Of a stretch of 64,000 nucleotides of DNA, positions 8,914 to 17,647 are shown piece after piece. The DNA is taken from IMG/VR virus record IMGVR_UViG_3300048837_000795, positions 1,424-65,423 of that record; one strand, 5' to 3'. Position 1 is the stretch's first letter. Each line of letters begins with the position of its first letter. The translations under genes and the position numbers were made by a program. The notes below the pieces were generated by a model that was given only the letters and a program-made list of their open reading frames with translations, was not told the DNA's origin and searched no databases. This DNA is from a virus. Its lineage: Duplodnaviria > Caudoviricetes.

Positions 8914-9411
8914 ATGACTATTCAAATTACCGAACTTGCACCCACGCTCGAACGCGTAGCTTATAAATTCACCAGCACCGACGAAGATGCCGCCGACTTC
9001 CTGCAGGACGCCATGCTGGGCCTGGTAGAATTTACCCAGTCAGACCCGAACGCGCTGAGTAATTCCAGAACCTACCTGGTCAACCGCGGCAAATGGGCCG
9101 GTCAGCAGGCCGCCGATAAACACCGCACAATGGAGAACACGCGGTCGACCAGCCTGGACGGCCCCGGCGTAACCTTCGCCGAGCTGCTGCCCGCCGGTAC
9201 CCTCGACCCGCAGGAAGCCGCCGAGCAGGCCGAAACGATCGAGGAGCTGCTTTCGATGACCGACGATATCCCCGACGGTCCGAAAATGGTCAAGCTGATT
9301 TATCTCGGTTATTCCGAGAAAGAGATCGCCGAGACCCTGCACGTCTCCGCCGCGGCCATCAGCCAGCGCAAACATAAGTTGATCGCGCGCTGGCGCAATC
9401 TGCAAATCTAA
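8914..9411 (+). CDS. ECF-like RNA polymerase sigma factor
   Basis: Region 2 DAADFLQDAMLGL; region 4 GYSEKEIAETLHVSAAAISQRKHK. Confidence 0.8.
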   Translation: MTIQITELAPTLERVAYKFTSTDEDAADFLQDAMLGLVEFTQSDPNALSNSRTYLVNRGKWAGQQAADKHRTMENTRSTSLDGPGVTFAELLPAGTLDPQEAAEQAETIEELLSMTDDIPDGPKMVKLIYLGYSEKEIAETLHVSAAAISQRKHKLIARWRNLQI

Positions 9412-9431
9412 TTCACGAGCCACGCACCAGA

Positions 9432-9460
9432 AGCCCCACGGAAACCCGCGGGGCTTTTTT
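9432..9460 (+). terminator. Intrinsic terminator
   Basis: AGCCCCACGG AAAC CCGCGGGGCT TTTTT. Confidence 0.75.
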
Positions 9461-9470
9461 GATTCTCGTG

Positions 9471-9499
9471 CTTAATTTTTTGCCGCGAAACCGGTTTTA
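9471..9499 (+). promoter_or_regulatory. 29-bp putative middle promoter
   Basis: CTTAATTTTTTGCCGCGAAACCGGTTTTA then AGGAG RBS. Confidence 0.8.
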
Positions 9500-9520
9500 A
9501 GTACACAGGAGAACGGAACG

Positions 9521-9928
9521 ATGGAGCAAAGCCAGCCTACCACCCGGCGCTATTTTGTGCCTGTGCCGGCAGGCGTAACGGATGCGCACGGCCTGCCCGT
9601 GCCCGATATCGAGATTACCCGCATTGATTTTTTGGTAACAGGAGCCACCACCACCGTCAACAAAATGGGCATGAATGTTTTTGAAAAAACAATCGTAGCC
9701 GAGGGCAAAACGCATAAAAATTTTGACCTCGCCGCGGCGCTGGATTGGCTGCGCGTGCGCGGTTGGACCGTGCGCGAATGGCCCGGCGGCGCCAGGGCGT
9801 GGCGTGATGGGCTCAAGCCGATCCGCAGCGCGCGTGAAATTATCCGGCTGCGGGATGAGCTTCGCGCTTATCCACGGCCGGAATTAGAGGGCAAGGCGCA
9901 TACCCTTGACCTGGCATTTGATCTTTAG
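9521..9928 (+). CDS. Hypothetical protein
   Basis: RBS and promoter motif upstream. Confidence 0.7.
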   Translation: MEQSQPTTRRYFVPVPAGVTDAHGLPVPDIEITRIDFLVTGATTTVNKMGMNVFEKTIVAEGKTHKNFDLAAALDWLRVRGWTVREWPGGARAWRDGLKPIRSAREIIRLRDELRAYPRPELEGKAHTLDLAFDL

Positions 9929-9937
9929 GAGGCCAGA

Positions 9938-10705
9938 ATGGAACGGGAGAACTATTTAGAACTAATGTGCTTGCACCTCAGCCGGATTGCCGACTCGCTG
10001 GAGATTTTATCCCGACCGGGTAAGGACTATTCGCCCGATTATGTAATGCCCATCGGCGAGTTTGCCGGTTTTGATTGGGGATCAGTCAATATCACCGTGG
10101 TACGCGCTGACCGCGATGGGCCGACCCATTTGCAGTGGAACGGCCAGGTATATACCCGGCGCAGCCCCAGCAATAAGTTTGACCCGGCGATCTGGTACTC
10201 ACGCGCTTCCGGCAAAAGCGAGGACGGCGAAACCGAATATACCCGCCTGATCACCTTCCGTGAGATCAAAGACGCTGATCCGCTGGGGGATAAGACGCGG
10301 GCCGTGGTTGACCGCAACCGCCCCCAACAGCCCACGAACGGAACCAACAAAACGCCGGCACCTGCCGCCAACGGCGCGACCAAGCAGCAGCCAGCGCCCT
10401 CGCCCAGCCAGGCACCAGCCCCAACGACAAACAGCGCCGTCAAACCACTGGCGTCTGGTGAGCTGGTCTCTTACACCGAGTACATGCGCCGCGCGAAGGC
10501 CGGCAATATCACTGCCGAGGCCGCCATGTGGATTGCTCAGCAGATTCCCGTAAAGCCAGAAGATGATCACTCGGTACCCGCCTCGTACCTGCAATTTTTC
10601 TACAATGCGAAGCACGCCGGATTTAAGCTGAGCGAGGCATGGAGCCATCTCAAGGAGTCCGGCTTCGATACTGAGGCCGCTACCGCAAAGCTGCCGCCCT
10701 TCTAA
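9938..10705 (+). CDS. ddrB: DdrB-like single-stranded DNA binding/annealing protein
   Basis: YVMPI.EF..FDW...G.VY.RR...AIWYSR...GETEY..L..FR follows the Deinococcus DdrB pattern as recalled. Confidence 0.7.
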   Translation: MERENYLELMCLHLSRIADSLEILSRPGKDYSPDYVMPIGEFAGFDWGSVNITVVRADRDGPTHLQWNGQVYTRRSPSNKFDPAIWYSRASGKSEDGETEYTRLITFREIKDADPLGDKTRAVVDRNRPQQPTNGTNKTPAPAANGATKQQPAPSPSQAPAPTTNSAVKPLASGELVSYTEYMRRAKAGNITAEAAMWIAQQIPVKPEDDHSVPASYLQFFYNAKHAGFKLSEAWSHLKESGFDTEAATAKLPPF

Positions 10706-10731
10706 CCCTACCAACTTCCCTTATCGGTACC

Positions 10732-10768
10732 CGGCCCGGCAGTTCCCCTGACTGCCGGGCCCCTTTTT
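10732..10768 (+). terminator. Intrinsic terminator
   Basis: GGCCCGGCAGT..ACTGCCGGGCC then CCTTTTT. Confidence 0.7.
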
Positions 10769-10777
10769 GCCAATTTG

Positions 10778-10806
10778 CTTAATTATTTCCCGCGAAACCG
10801 GTTTTA
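10778..10806 (+). promoter_or_regulatory. 29-bp putative middle promoter (upstream of second sigma operon)
   Basis: CTTAATTATTTCCCGCGAAACCGGTTTTA. Confidence 0.8.
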
Positions 10807-10834
10807 GGAAAACAAAACTATTAGGAGTAGATCT

Positions 10835-11032
10835 ATGCCCCCAAAAATCAAACCTCAGACAAAAGCCGTCGTGATGATCACCCCCACCGGCACCTGCATT
10901 GTACGCACCGATGACGGCCGTCACGTCGCGCTGGCCCCTCAGCTGGCCGTAGACGTGGCGCGGACCATCCTCGATGAGGGCAAGCCCGCCATTTCACCGC
11001 CGCCGGCAAAAAGCGCCGGTTGGGTGCAGTGA
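10835..11032 (+). CDS. Small hypothetical protein
   Basis: AGGAG RBS, behind promoter motif. Confidence 0.6.
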   Translation: MPPKIKPQTKAVVMITPTGTCIVRTDDGRHVALAPQLAVDVARTILDEGKPAISPPPAKSAGWVQ

Positions 11033-11054
11033 CCCAGTTACCCAGGGGGACCGC

Positions 11055-11822
11055 ATGATACATGACCTGCTGACGGCTGAGGAAGAGATCGACCTGATCA
11101 CCTGCGCGCGCGCCGGCGATACTGCCGCGCTGGAGTCGCTGGTCGAGCATAACCAGCGCCTGGTCTTCTCCATCGCCAACCGCTATTTTCATTCGGGTTT
11201 CGGCGGTGACCAGGACCTGGAAGACCTGGCGCAGTGGGGCAATATGGGCATGATCCATGCGATACGCAAATTTGACGCCCGCCGAGGCACGCGCTTCTCC
11301 ACTTACGCAGTGCATTGGATCGACGCTTATATCCGGCGCTACGCCGGCGAACAAGCCAGGACCATCAGCATGACCCAGCGCGATACTGAGCGCCTGCGCA
11401 AGATCCGGCGCAGCCGTTCAGCGCTCACCATCCGGCTGCAGCGGGCGCCAACCGCCGCGGAGATCGCCGCCGACTGCGATATGGACGCCGCGTACGTCGC
11501 CGACTGGCTGCCGGCCCTGACCGCGCACGTGCGCCTCGACCGCGAGGTTGACCACGCTGCCGGCAATGATGACGCGCTGCACGAGATTATCAGCGCTGCC
11601 GACGATGACCATGACCCCGAGCGGGCCCTGGAACGCAAAGAGCTGGCCGAGCTGTTGGGCCGGCTCGACCCGCGCTGCCGGGAAGTAATCAACCGCCGCT
11701 TTTTCAACGAGCCGCCCGAGTCGCGCGCTCACATTGCCCAGCAGCTGGGCGTGTCGGTCGACTGCGTGCGCCGGCTCGAACAGCAGGCGCTGGAGATTAT
11801 CCGGCCGCATTTTGGGGCTTAA
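11055..11822 (+). CDS. sigma70-family RNA polymerase sigma factor (group 2/3-like)
   Basis: LLTAEEE..LVEHNQRLVFSIA..DLAQWGNMGMIHAIRKFD..RGTRFSTYAVHWI; region 4 IAQQLGVS..VRRLEQQAL. Confidence 0.92.
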   Translation: MIHDLLTAEEEIDLITCARAGDTAALESLVEHNQRLVFSIANRYFHSGFGGDQDLEDLAQWGNMGMIHAIRKFDARRGTRFSTYAVHWIDAYIRRYAGEQARTISMTQRDTERLRKIRRSRSALTIRLQRAPTAAEIAADCDMDAAYVADWLPALTAHVRLDREVDHAAGNDDALHEIISAADDDHDPERALERKELAELLGRLDPRCREVINRRFFNEPPESRAHIAQQLGVSVDCVRRLEQQALEIIRPHFGA

Positions 11823-11846
11823 GTTTTCTGCGTGAAACCGGTTTTA
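11818..11846 (+). promoter_or_regulatory. 29-bp putative middle promoter
   Basis: CTTAAGTTTTCTGCGTGAAACCGGTTTTA. Confidence 0.8.
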
Positions 11847-11865
11847 AATCAGGAGACCAAACACT

Positions 11866-12507
11866 ATGAAAATCAGAATACACCGCATTATTCCCCAGTC
11901 CAGAGTCGACGGCCCAGGCGTGCGCACAGTTGTGTTTTTGCAGGGGTGCAGCCTGGCATGCAAGGGCTGCCAGAACCGCCATATCTGGCCGGCTGACGGC
12001 GGGCATGAGACCAACACCGCCGACCTGGCGCAGGCCCTGACCATCCTTTCCGGGCGCATCGGCAATGTCACCATCAGCGGCGGCGAGCCCTTCCAGCAGC
12101 CGGCAGCGCTGGCCGCGCTGATCACTGATCTGCGCAAGCACGGCACGGTCAAGCACCTGATCGTTTACACCGGCTACACCTGGGAAGAGCTGCACAGCGC
12201 CACCCACCCGGCCCGGCCATACCTGAGCGAGATTTTGCAGGGCGTGGACGTGCTGGTCGACGGGCGCTTTATCGCAAAGCTCGACGATCCGATGATCACC
12301 TACCGCGGCAGCCGCAATCAGCGGCCCATCGACGTGGCTGAGAGCCTGACCGTAGATGAGCTGGTGGTGCTGGACTGGGATCACCCCGAGGTGATCATCG
12401 GCGATGACGGCGAGCTGCTGCTGCCAATCGGACTCGCGGACGTATTTGCCAGCATGGGGGCTGTCAGGCAAAGTCGCATGTGCGGCGAGACAGTCGATGT
12501 CAAATGA
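11866..12507 (+). CDS. nrdG: NrdG-like radical SAM protein (RNR activase family)
   Basis: VDGPGVR..FLQGCSLACKGCQN; TISGGEPFQQ; YTGYT; DVLVDGRF; RGSRNQR. Confidence 0.88.
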   Translation: MKIRIHRIIPQSRVDGPGVRTVVFLQGCSLACKGCQNRHIWPADGGHETNTADLAQALTILSGRIGNVTISGGEPFQQPAALAALITDLRKHGTVKHLIVYTGYTWEELHSATHPARPYLSEILQGVDVLVDGRFIAKLDDPMITYRGSRNQRPIDVAESLTVDELVVLDWDHPEVIIGDDGELLLPIGLADVFASMGAVRQSRMCGETVDVK

Positions 12508-12707
12508 GCATATCCGAGGAGCGGGTTGCCCGGTTCGACGCGTACCGCGAAACGCTGAGCAAGGATGAGCGCGCGGAGCTGGATCGCATGGTCGTGGAGT
12601 GCTGCGACACGTTCCGCCGGCCCGGCGGCCAGTTTGGCGAGCGCATGGCCAAAGAATTGATTATTGCGCTGGTGGACTTCAACCCCCGCCGGCAGGTAGT
12701 GAGGTGA
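12504..12707 (+). CDS. Small hypothetical protein
   Basis: ATGA overlap with the upstream gene. Confidence 0.55.
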   Translation: MSISEERVARFDAYRETLSKDERAELDRMVVECCDTFRRPGGQFGERMAKELIIALVDFNPRRQVVR

Positions 12708-12710
12708 GAG

Positions 12711-13517
12711 ATGGGCGAAACAACTGGTATTAGCTGGTGTGATCATACGTTCAACCCCTGGATAGGCTGCACGAAGGTGTCAGCCGGTTGTGATCTATGT
12801 TATGCGGAAACGCAGAACAACCGTTTTCAGTGGAATCCTGCCGGATGGGGCAAGGGCGCGCCGCGCAAACTTACGGCAGACGCCAATTGGATAAAGCCGC
12901 TGGCATGGGCAAAGCAGGCGATTACCGACGGCGTCTTGCGCCGCGTATTTGCCGGCAGTTTATGCGATCCGTTTGATGACGAGGTTCCAAGCGCCTGGCG
13001 CGATCGCTACTTCACCTTGATCGATGACGTTGGAGAATACTGCCGACACTTCCGCACCGTTCCGGGGTCCGGTTTGGAATTTATGATCCTGACCAAACGA
13101 ATCAAGGGCGCGTGGAAAAAACTTCCTGGCGAGTGGGTCGAGTACCTTCCCGAGTATGTACGGCTGGGCGTCACTGCCGAAAACCAACCAAATGCCGACC
13201 GCCGAATCCATGAGCTTTTCAGTACCTGGCGCGGCAAGAACTTTATCAGTGTCGAGCCAATGCTGGGCCCGCTCGACTTAACCCATGATCTCGACGGTTA
13301 CAACCCTTATGGCGCGAGTCTTGATTGGGTCATTGTTGGAGGAGAGTCTGGCGCCGGCTGTCGGCCCATGAACATAGACTGGGCACGAAGCGTGCGCGAT
13401 CAATGCAAAGAAGCTGGCGTTCCCTTTTTCTTCAAACAGATCGGTGGGCACCCGAATAAGCAGCACGACCCCGCCAGATGGCCCGCCGACTTGCGTATCC
13501 AGGAGTTTCCAAAATGA
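12711..13517 (+). CDS. Phage Gp37/Gp68 (DUF5131) family protein
   Basis: TGISWCDHTFNPWIGCTKVSAGCDLCYAE; LTKR; SVEPMLGP; DWVIVGGESG; PFFFKQ. Confidence 0.88.
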   Translation: MGETTGISWCDHTFNPWIGCTKVSAGCDLCYAETQNNRFQWNPAGWGKGAPRKLTADANWIKPLAWAKQAITDGVLRRVFAGSLCDPFDDEVPSAWRDRYFTLIDDVGEYCRHFRTVPGSGLEFMILTKRIKGAWKKLPGEWVEYLPEYVRLGVTAENQPNADRRIHELFSTWRGKNFISVEPMLGPLDLTHDLDGYNPYGASLDWVIVGGESGAGCRPMNIDWARSVRDQCKEAGVPFFFKQIGGHPNKQHDPARWPADLRIQEFPK

Positions 13518-14665
13518 CCATCGACACGAAACTGATCCTGCGCTCGATCGACCCGCGCCCTGGGTTTTTGCTCACCTGCTACCAGATGGAGCTCATGCAA
13601 GGCTACGTCCGCGAACTGGTCACCGCATATGAGGCCCAGGCGCAGCAGATCGAGGATCTGAAAGGGCAGTTGCCCAAACGCGTATCTATCGCCGATGCAT
13701 GGCCCGAAGAGTCGGAGTCGGTTCTGATCTTCCTGAACGGGGACGTTATACCGGCTTTCTGGCAGGAAGAGCAGGAAGGCGACTTTGAGAACGGCTACAA
13801 AAAATACCGTCAGTTCTATTACTGCCCCGACTGGGATAAATTCGAGCCGTTAGATGCTTATGGCTGTACGTTCGATTGGCAGGCGTTCCCAAAACCATCA
13901 GCCGGCGATCTAACCGACTATTCCCGCGCCCTGGCCAAAACTTACCCCTGGAAGGGCACCAGTCACCGCGCTGACGGCAATGCTGATGAGTTTGTCTGCA
14001 TCCACTGCGGAGCAAGCATCGTAGATGACCCGGCGCAGTCTGAGCCGGAACACCACACAGATACCTGTATCTGGGCCAAAGCCGTGGCTTGCACGAAGGA
14101 AACGACCATGAAAAACAGATTGCTTGACCTGGTTGACCGCCTGGCAATGGCATGGATCAACCGCCGCATGGACCAGGAAGTTGCCGAGCTCAAGAAAGAG
14201 CCGGGTTACGAATCGATCCAGCTCCGCAAAGCCGAATTTGACGAAAACGGCTGGAGCATGGATATGGTGCACCGTGACGTTGCCATCCTGGCAGCCAGCG
14301 CCGCCGAAATGCTCACGAAGCAAAACGCCAAAAACTATGTGCAGATGGTTATGTACCCAAAGGTTGATATGCAACCGGTTGAGGTCACCGTGCGCTGGTA
14401 TTGGGGTGGGTTGACGCCGGCGCAATTAAACAGCCAGCTCCAGGATGAGCTGGACGCGGCAAAGGCTTTCCATCCGCGCGCGATGAAGCTGATCGGAAAA
14501 CGTAAAAACTTTGTCGTGGTCGCTGAGGATGAGCCGTACTTTCCGACGGTTTACGCCCTGATCCGCGCCTACGAATTCTCCAATGGCCGCTGGACGGATG
14601 AAGATGAGCGTATCTATAGAGAGGCTATGCAAAAGGCAGGGGTTAGCGATGTGCCGACTGTATAA
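13514..14665 (+). CDS. Hypothetical multi-domain phage protein (possible internal start at 14108)
   Basis: Long ORF; AAGGA upstream of internal MKNRLL. Confidence 0.65.
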   Translation: MTIDTKLILRSIDPRPGFLLTCYQMELMQGYVRELVTAYEAQAQQIEDLKGQLPKRVSIADAWPEESESVLIFLNGDVIPAFWQEEQEGDFENGYKKYRQFYYCPDWDKFEPLDAYGCTFDWQAFPKPSAGDLTDYSRALAKTYPWKGTSHRADGNADEFVCIHCGASIVDDPAQSEPEHHTDTCIWAKAVACTKETTMKNRLLDLVDRLAMAWINRRMDQEVAELKKEPGYESIQLRKAEFDENGWSMDMVHRDVAILAASAAEMLTKQNAKNYVQMVMYPKVDMQPVEVTVRWYWGGLTPAQLNSQLQDELDAAKAFHPRAMKLIGKRKNFVVVAEDEPYFPTVYALIRAYEFSNGRWTDEDERIYREAMQKAGVSDVPTV

Positions 14666-14945
14666 GACCAAGAAGGGTGATTACGTCCGTCTATGCTACT
14701 ACCACGGCAAGCGCAGGGGCGAGCGGATTCCGTTCTTTGATCTTCCAAAAGATATCGGTGATGATTTTATTTCCAGGCGCATCTTTCACATACCAAGAAC
14801 CAAAGCAACGCTGAAAGTGATAAAACCATCTTACAACAAGGCACTGATGAAAAAAGAGCCTGTGCGCTGCCGGAAATGTGGAGCGCCGATGAACCGGTCG
14901 AATTACGCAATCGGTATTTGTGACCTCTGCCAAAGGGGGAGATGA
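14649..14945 (+). CDS. Hypothetical protein with C-terminal Zn finger
   Basis: CRKC...CDLC. Confidence 0.5.
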   Translation: MCRLYKTKKGDYVRLCYYHGKRRGERIPFFDLPKDIGDDFISRRIFHIPRTKATLKVIKPSYNKALMKKEPVRCRKCGAPMNRSNYAIGICDLCQRGR

Positions 14946-15367
14946 TGTGGCACAACACCTTCCCGACTAAACCTTACGGCGCCCGCGGCATGTATTTCTA
15001 CGAGGATATTCTCGCCGCCGGCATCCCAGAAACCGCAAAGCCGTACTGCTGCTATATCTGCACGATCATTTTCTACAAGCAGCCTTACAAAGTGGTCGAC
15101 GGTGAGTTTGAGCGGTGGGGCGAGGCCGTCACGCGCTGGAATCTAATCGGGGAGCGCTGGACAGACCAGGACATGGGATTCGGCTCGCTCGCCCCGCTGG
15201 TTTTGCACAACGGCCAGGTATACGAGCTGGCGACCGGGAACGTGATTTGGAAAGATGGCAAATGGGTAAATCAATGGATCGGCTGGCGATTGCCTGCCGA
15301 TGATAACAGAATAATCGAGCTCAAAAGGTTAGGCTGGGACCCATTCCAGCCAGGAGTGACGGAATGA
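14942..15367 (+). CDS. Hypothetical protein
   Basis: Coupled ORF with RBS. Confidence 0.6.
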   Translation: MMWHNTFPTKPYGARGMYFYEDILAAGIPETAKPYCCYICTIIFYKQPYKVVDGEFERWGEAVTRWNLIGERWTDQDMGFGSLAPLVLHNGQVYELATGNVIWKDGKWVNQWIGWRLPADDNRIIELKRLGWDPFQPGVTE

Positions 15368-15547
15368 ACGGGTTTGTTGTTTTCCTGGTAGTGGTGGTGA
15401 TCATCCTTATTTTGGCGGCTCTGGCTGCCGTATTCGGTGGATTCCGGCAGGGGGCTGCGCGTGATGCCCAGATGCTGGCGCTGAACCATAAGAGCATGAC
15501 GCCGGCCGAGTATGAAAAAGTGCGCCGGAATTACGAGGGGTAGACCG

Positions 15548-15964
15548 ATGAACCCTATTTTACCAATCCTGATCCTGATTGTAATTTTAATCTTCGTCAG
15601 CCTGTACGCCGGCAAGAAACAGCAGCGCGTCAAGCAGCTCGAAGCGAAGCTGAAACGCCAGCGAGTGGCGGCAGCCGCGAAGAAAGCGAAGGCTAAACGC
15701 CCCCGCCGCAAACTGTTCGGCCTGTTCACCCTGATGCTGCTGTTATCCGCATGCGGCGCGCGCGTGGAATACATCGACCCTGCCGGCGCCTTTGTCTACC
15801 CGGTGGATGGGGTAGCGGTGCTGGTCACTGAGAGTGGTGAGTATACGCTCACCGGCGCGAGTCTGCCCGCCGGATGCTACCAGCTCGACCCGCCGGCAGC
15901 CGGCCAGACTCGCGGCGCTGCCTCGTGGGTGGACGCGGACAGCTGCAAGGATGGTGCGCAATGA
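15548..15964 (+). CDS. Membrane protein with internal lipobox-like motif
   Basis: N-terminal TM; LLLSAC. Confidence 0.55.
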   Translation: MNPILPILILIVILIFVSLYAGKKQQRVKQLEAKLKRQRVAAAAKKAKAKRPRRKLFGLFTLMLLLSACGARVEYIDPAGAFVYPVDGVAVLVTESGEYTLTGASLPAGCYQLDPPAAGQTRGAASWVDADSCKDGAQ

Positions 15965-16434
15965 GAGCGCTGATCTACGCTTCCCCCATCCTCACTGCCG
16001 GCCTGGCCGCGTCCCTCTATGGATGGACCGCGCTGGACATTGGCACAATCGTCGGCCACTGCATGGCGTTCTTCTTTGCCTACCTGCTGGTCTTGCAGGT
16101 GATCACGCTCTTATTCCTGGGCCGGCTGGCCAGGGCGATGTATTTTCAGGCCGGCTTCGCCCCGGTCGCGCTCGGTATGCTTACCCTGTTTGGCCTGCTG
16201 CTGGGTAAGGCCCTGAACGCGCCGCTGACAGCGCTTTACCAGACTACCGCACCCACGTCGGCGGCCTTCCAGCTGACCAATGCGCTGTACGGGGTGGTTG
16301 GCATCGCCATGCTGCTGTGGCCAGTGGCGACCATCGTCTGGGCGATTGCCGTGCCGCACTGTGACGAGGCTGAGGCGGAGATGCTGGCAAAAGAGCGGGC
16401 GTGGTTGTCTAGGCCTGCACGAGCCCCTGAGTGA
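15961..16434 (+). CDS. Multi-TM membrane protein
   Basis: About four hydrophobic helices; ATGA overlap. Confidence 0.65.
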   Translation: MRALIYASPILTAGLAASLYGWTALDIGTIVGHCMAFFFAYLLVLQVITLLFLGRLARAMYFQAGFAPVALGMLTLFGLLLGKALNAPLTALYQTTAPTSAAFQLTNALYGVVGIAMLLWPVATIVWAIAVPHCDEAEAEMLAKERAWLSRPARAPE

Positions 16435-16450
16435 TCAGGGGCTTTTTTAT
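16422..16450 (+). terminator. Intrinsic terminator
   Basis: AGCCCCTGA GTGA TCAGGGGCT TTTTT. Confidence 0.75.
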
Positions 16451-16505
16451 TCCAGGGTCATTTCAGAACGGATAGTTGCAGTTTGTTCTATTTATCCGTA
16501 ACCCC

Positions 16506-16555
16506 TTGTATTGTTTGATTGCGTGTGTATAATATAAGCATACACACGCAATCAA
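16506..16555 (+). promoter_or_regulatory. sigma70 promoter overlapped by a perfect 16-bp inverted repeat (operator)
   Basis: TTGTAT-N16-TATAAT; TTGATTGCGTGTGTAT-N9-ATACACACGCAATCAA. Confidence 0.75.
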
Positions 16556-16578
16556 TAAAGCAAACAGGGAGATAACAA

Positions 16579-16923
16579 ATGGACGCACTAGAGGGTTTTG
16601 AACACAAGCACAACAATCAGATTACGCTCAATTCGAGCATCGGCAAGATCGAACTGACCTACCGCACGCACGACGGCGAAGCGCAGGAATGGAAAGAGGG
16701 GATGGGGAGCCTTTTCGAAACACTAGAGGATCTTCCATATGAAGAACCCGCCCGCAATCAGCCCTCCCATTTCCAGGCGGTACTCGTCAGCGAAGACAAC
16801 AAAATCCGCTTTATGGCCCGCGAAACCACCGCAAGTGAAGCTATCAAATCGCTCTACAAACAGGAGGCGGTCAGCCGCTTCGAGGCTGAGTTTTACCCCC
16901 AGGGCGCTGAAATCAACTACTAA
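16579..16923 (+). CDS. Hypothetical acidic protein
   Basis: GGGAG RBS, behind promoter. Confidence 0.7.
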   Translation: MDALEGFEHKHNNQITLNSSIGKIELTYRTHDGEAQEWKEGMGSLFETLEDLPYEEPARNQPSHFQAVLVSEDNKIRFMARETTASEAIKSLYKQEAVSRFEAEFYPQGAEINY

Positions 16924-16967
16924 AAATCTGCCCCGCTGGTCGGGCCAAAGTCCAGCAAGGATATTCG

Positions 16968-17309
16968 ATGACCCCACGCGGTGGATCTGGCAGAGGGCAA
17001 GGGCGAAAGCCACGCGAAAACGCCAAACGGCACAACGTAATTTTAGAAAATGATGTCTGGGAATATCTCAGCAAAACCAACGCATCGGCAGAGATCGAAA
17101 GGATTACCAGGATGGAAATGGAAAAGAAACACTTACTCGAATTGGCAGAGGCGATCTACTCAGAGGTCAGCGGCGCGGACAATAAGACGGAGCACGCCAC
17201 CACGGTTGGGGAGATCTACGATTGGCTGTACGAGGGCGATGATGATTACGCGACTGCGGATCTGGCATACCTGGTGCGCGAGTGGCGTGCATACAACAGT
17301 GCAGAATGA
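16968..17309 (+). CDS. Probable ribbon-helix-helix DNA-binding protein
   Basis: RGGSGRGQGRKP N-terminal arm then HNVILENDVWEYL. Confidence 0.55.
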   Translation: MTPRGGSGRGQGRKPRENAKRHNVILENDVWEYLSKTNASAEIERITRMEMEKKHLLELAEAIYSEVSGADNKTEHATTVGEIYDWLYEGDDDYATADLAYLVREWRAYNSAE

Positions 17310-17542
17310 GCGGGCGCCCAGACATCAAAAGCCTCAACCACGTGGCGCGCGTCATCGCCCTGCAGCGCGCCCGGCGCATGGGGTGGCTGGAAGGCAGATC
17401 GCTCCAGGAGATTGGAGCGGAGCTGGGGGTGAATAGGTCAACGGTAATGCGCAATCTCCGCGACCTGGACGAAATCGAGGCACTGGCAGAGGAATACCTG
17501 ACAGCACTTGGACCAAAGATCATCACCAAAGCCCCGGCATAG
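17306..17542 (+). CDS. HTH DNA-binding protein
   Basis: SLQEIGAELGVNRSTVMRNL. Confidence 0.75.
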   Translation: MSGRPDIKSLNHVARVIALQRARRMGWLEGRSLQEIGAELGVNRSTVMRNLRDLDEIEALAEEYLTALGPKIITKAPA

Positions 17543-17560
17543 GCCCGGGGCTTTTTTTAT
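17529..17560 (+). terminator. Intrinsic terminator
   Basis: AAGCCCCGG..CCGGGGCTTTTTTT. Confidence 0.75.
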
Positions 17561-17563
17561 TCC

Positions 17564-17591
17564 CTATGCAATTATCAAAGTAATCCGATAG
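17564..17591. repeat. 11-6-11 site (copy 3)
   Basis: CTATGCAATTA TCAAAG TAATCCGATAG. Confidence 0.8.
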
Positions 17592-17595
17592 ATCG

Positions 17596-17624
17596 CTTAA
17601 TTTTTTGCGCCGAAACCGGTTTTA
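17596..17624 (+). promoter_or_regulatory. 29-bp putative middle promoter
   Basis: CTTAATTTTTTGCGCCGAAACCGGTTTTA. Confidence 0.8.
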
Positions 17625-17647
17625 AGTACACACCAACGGAGGCGCAA

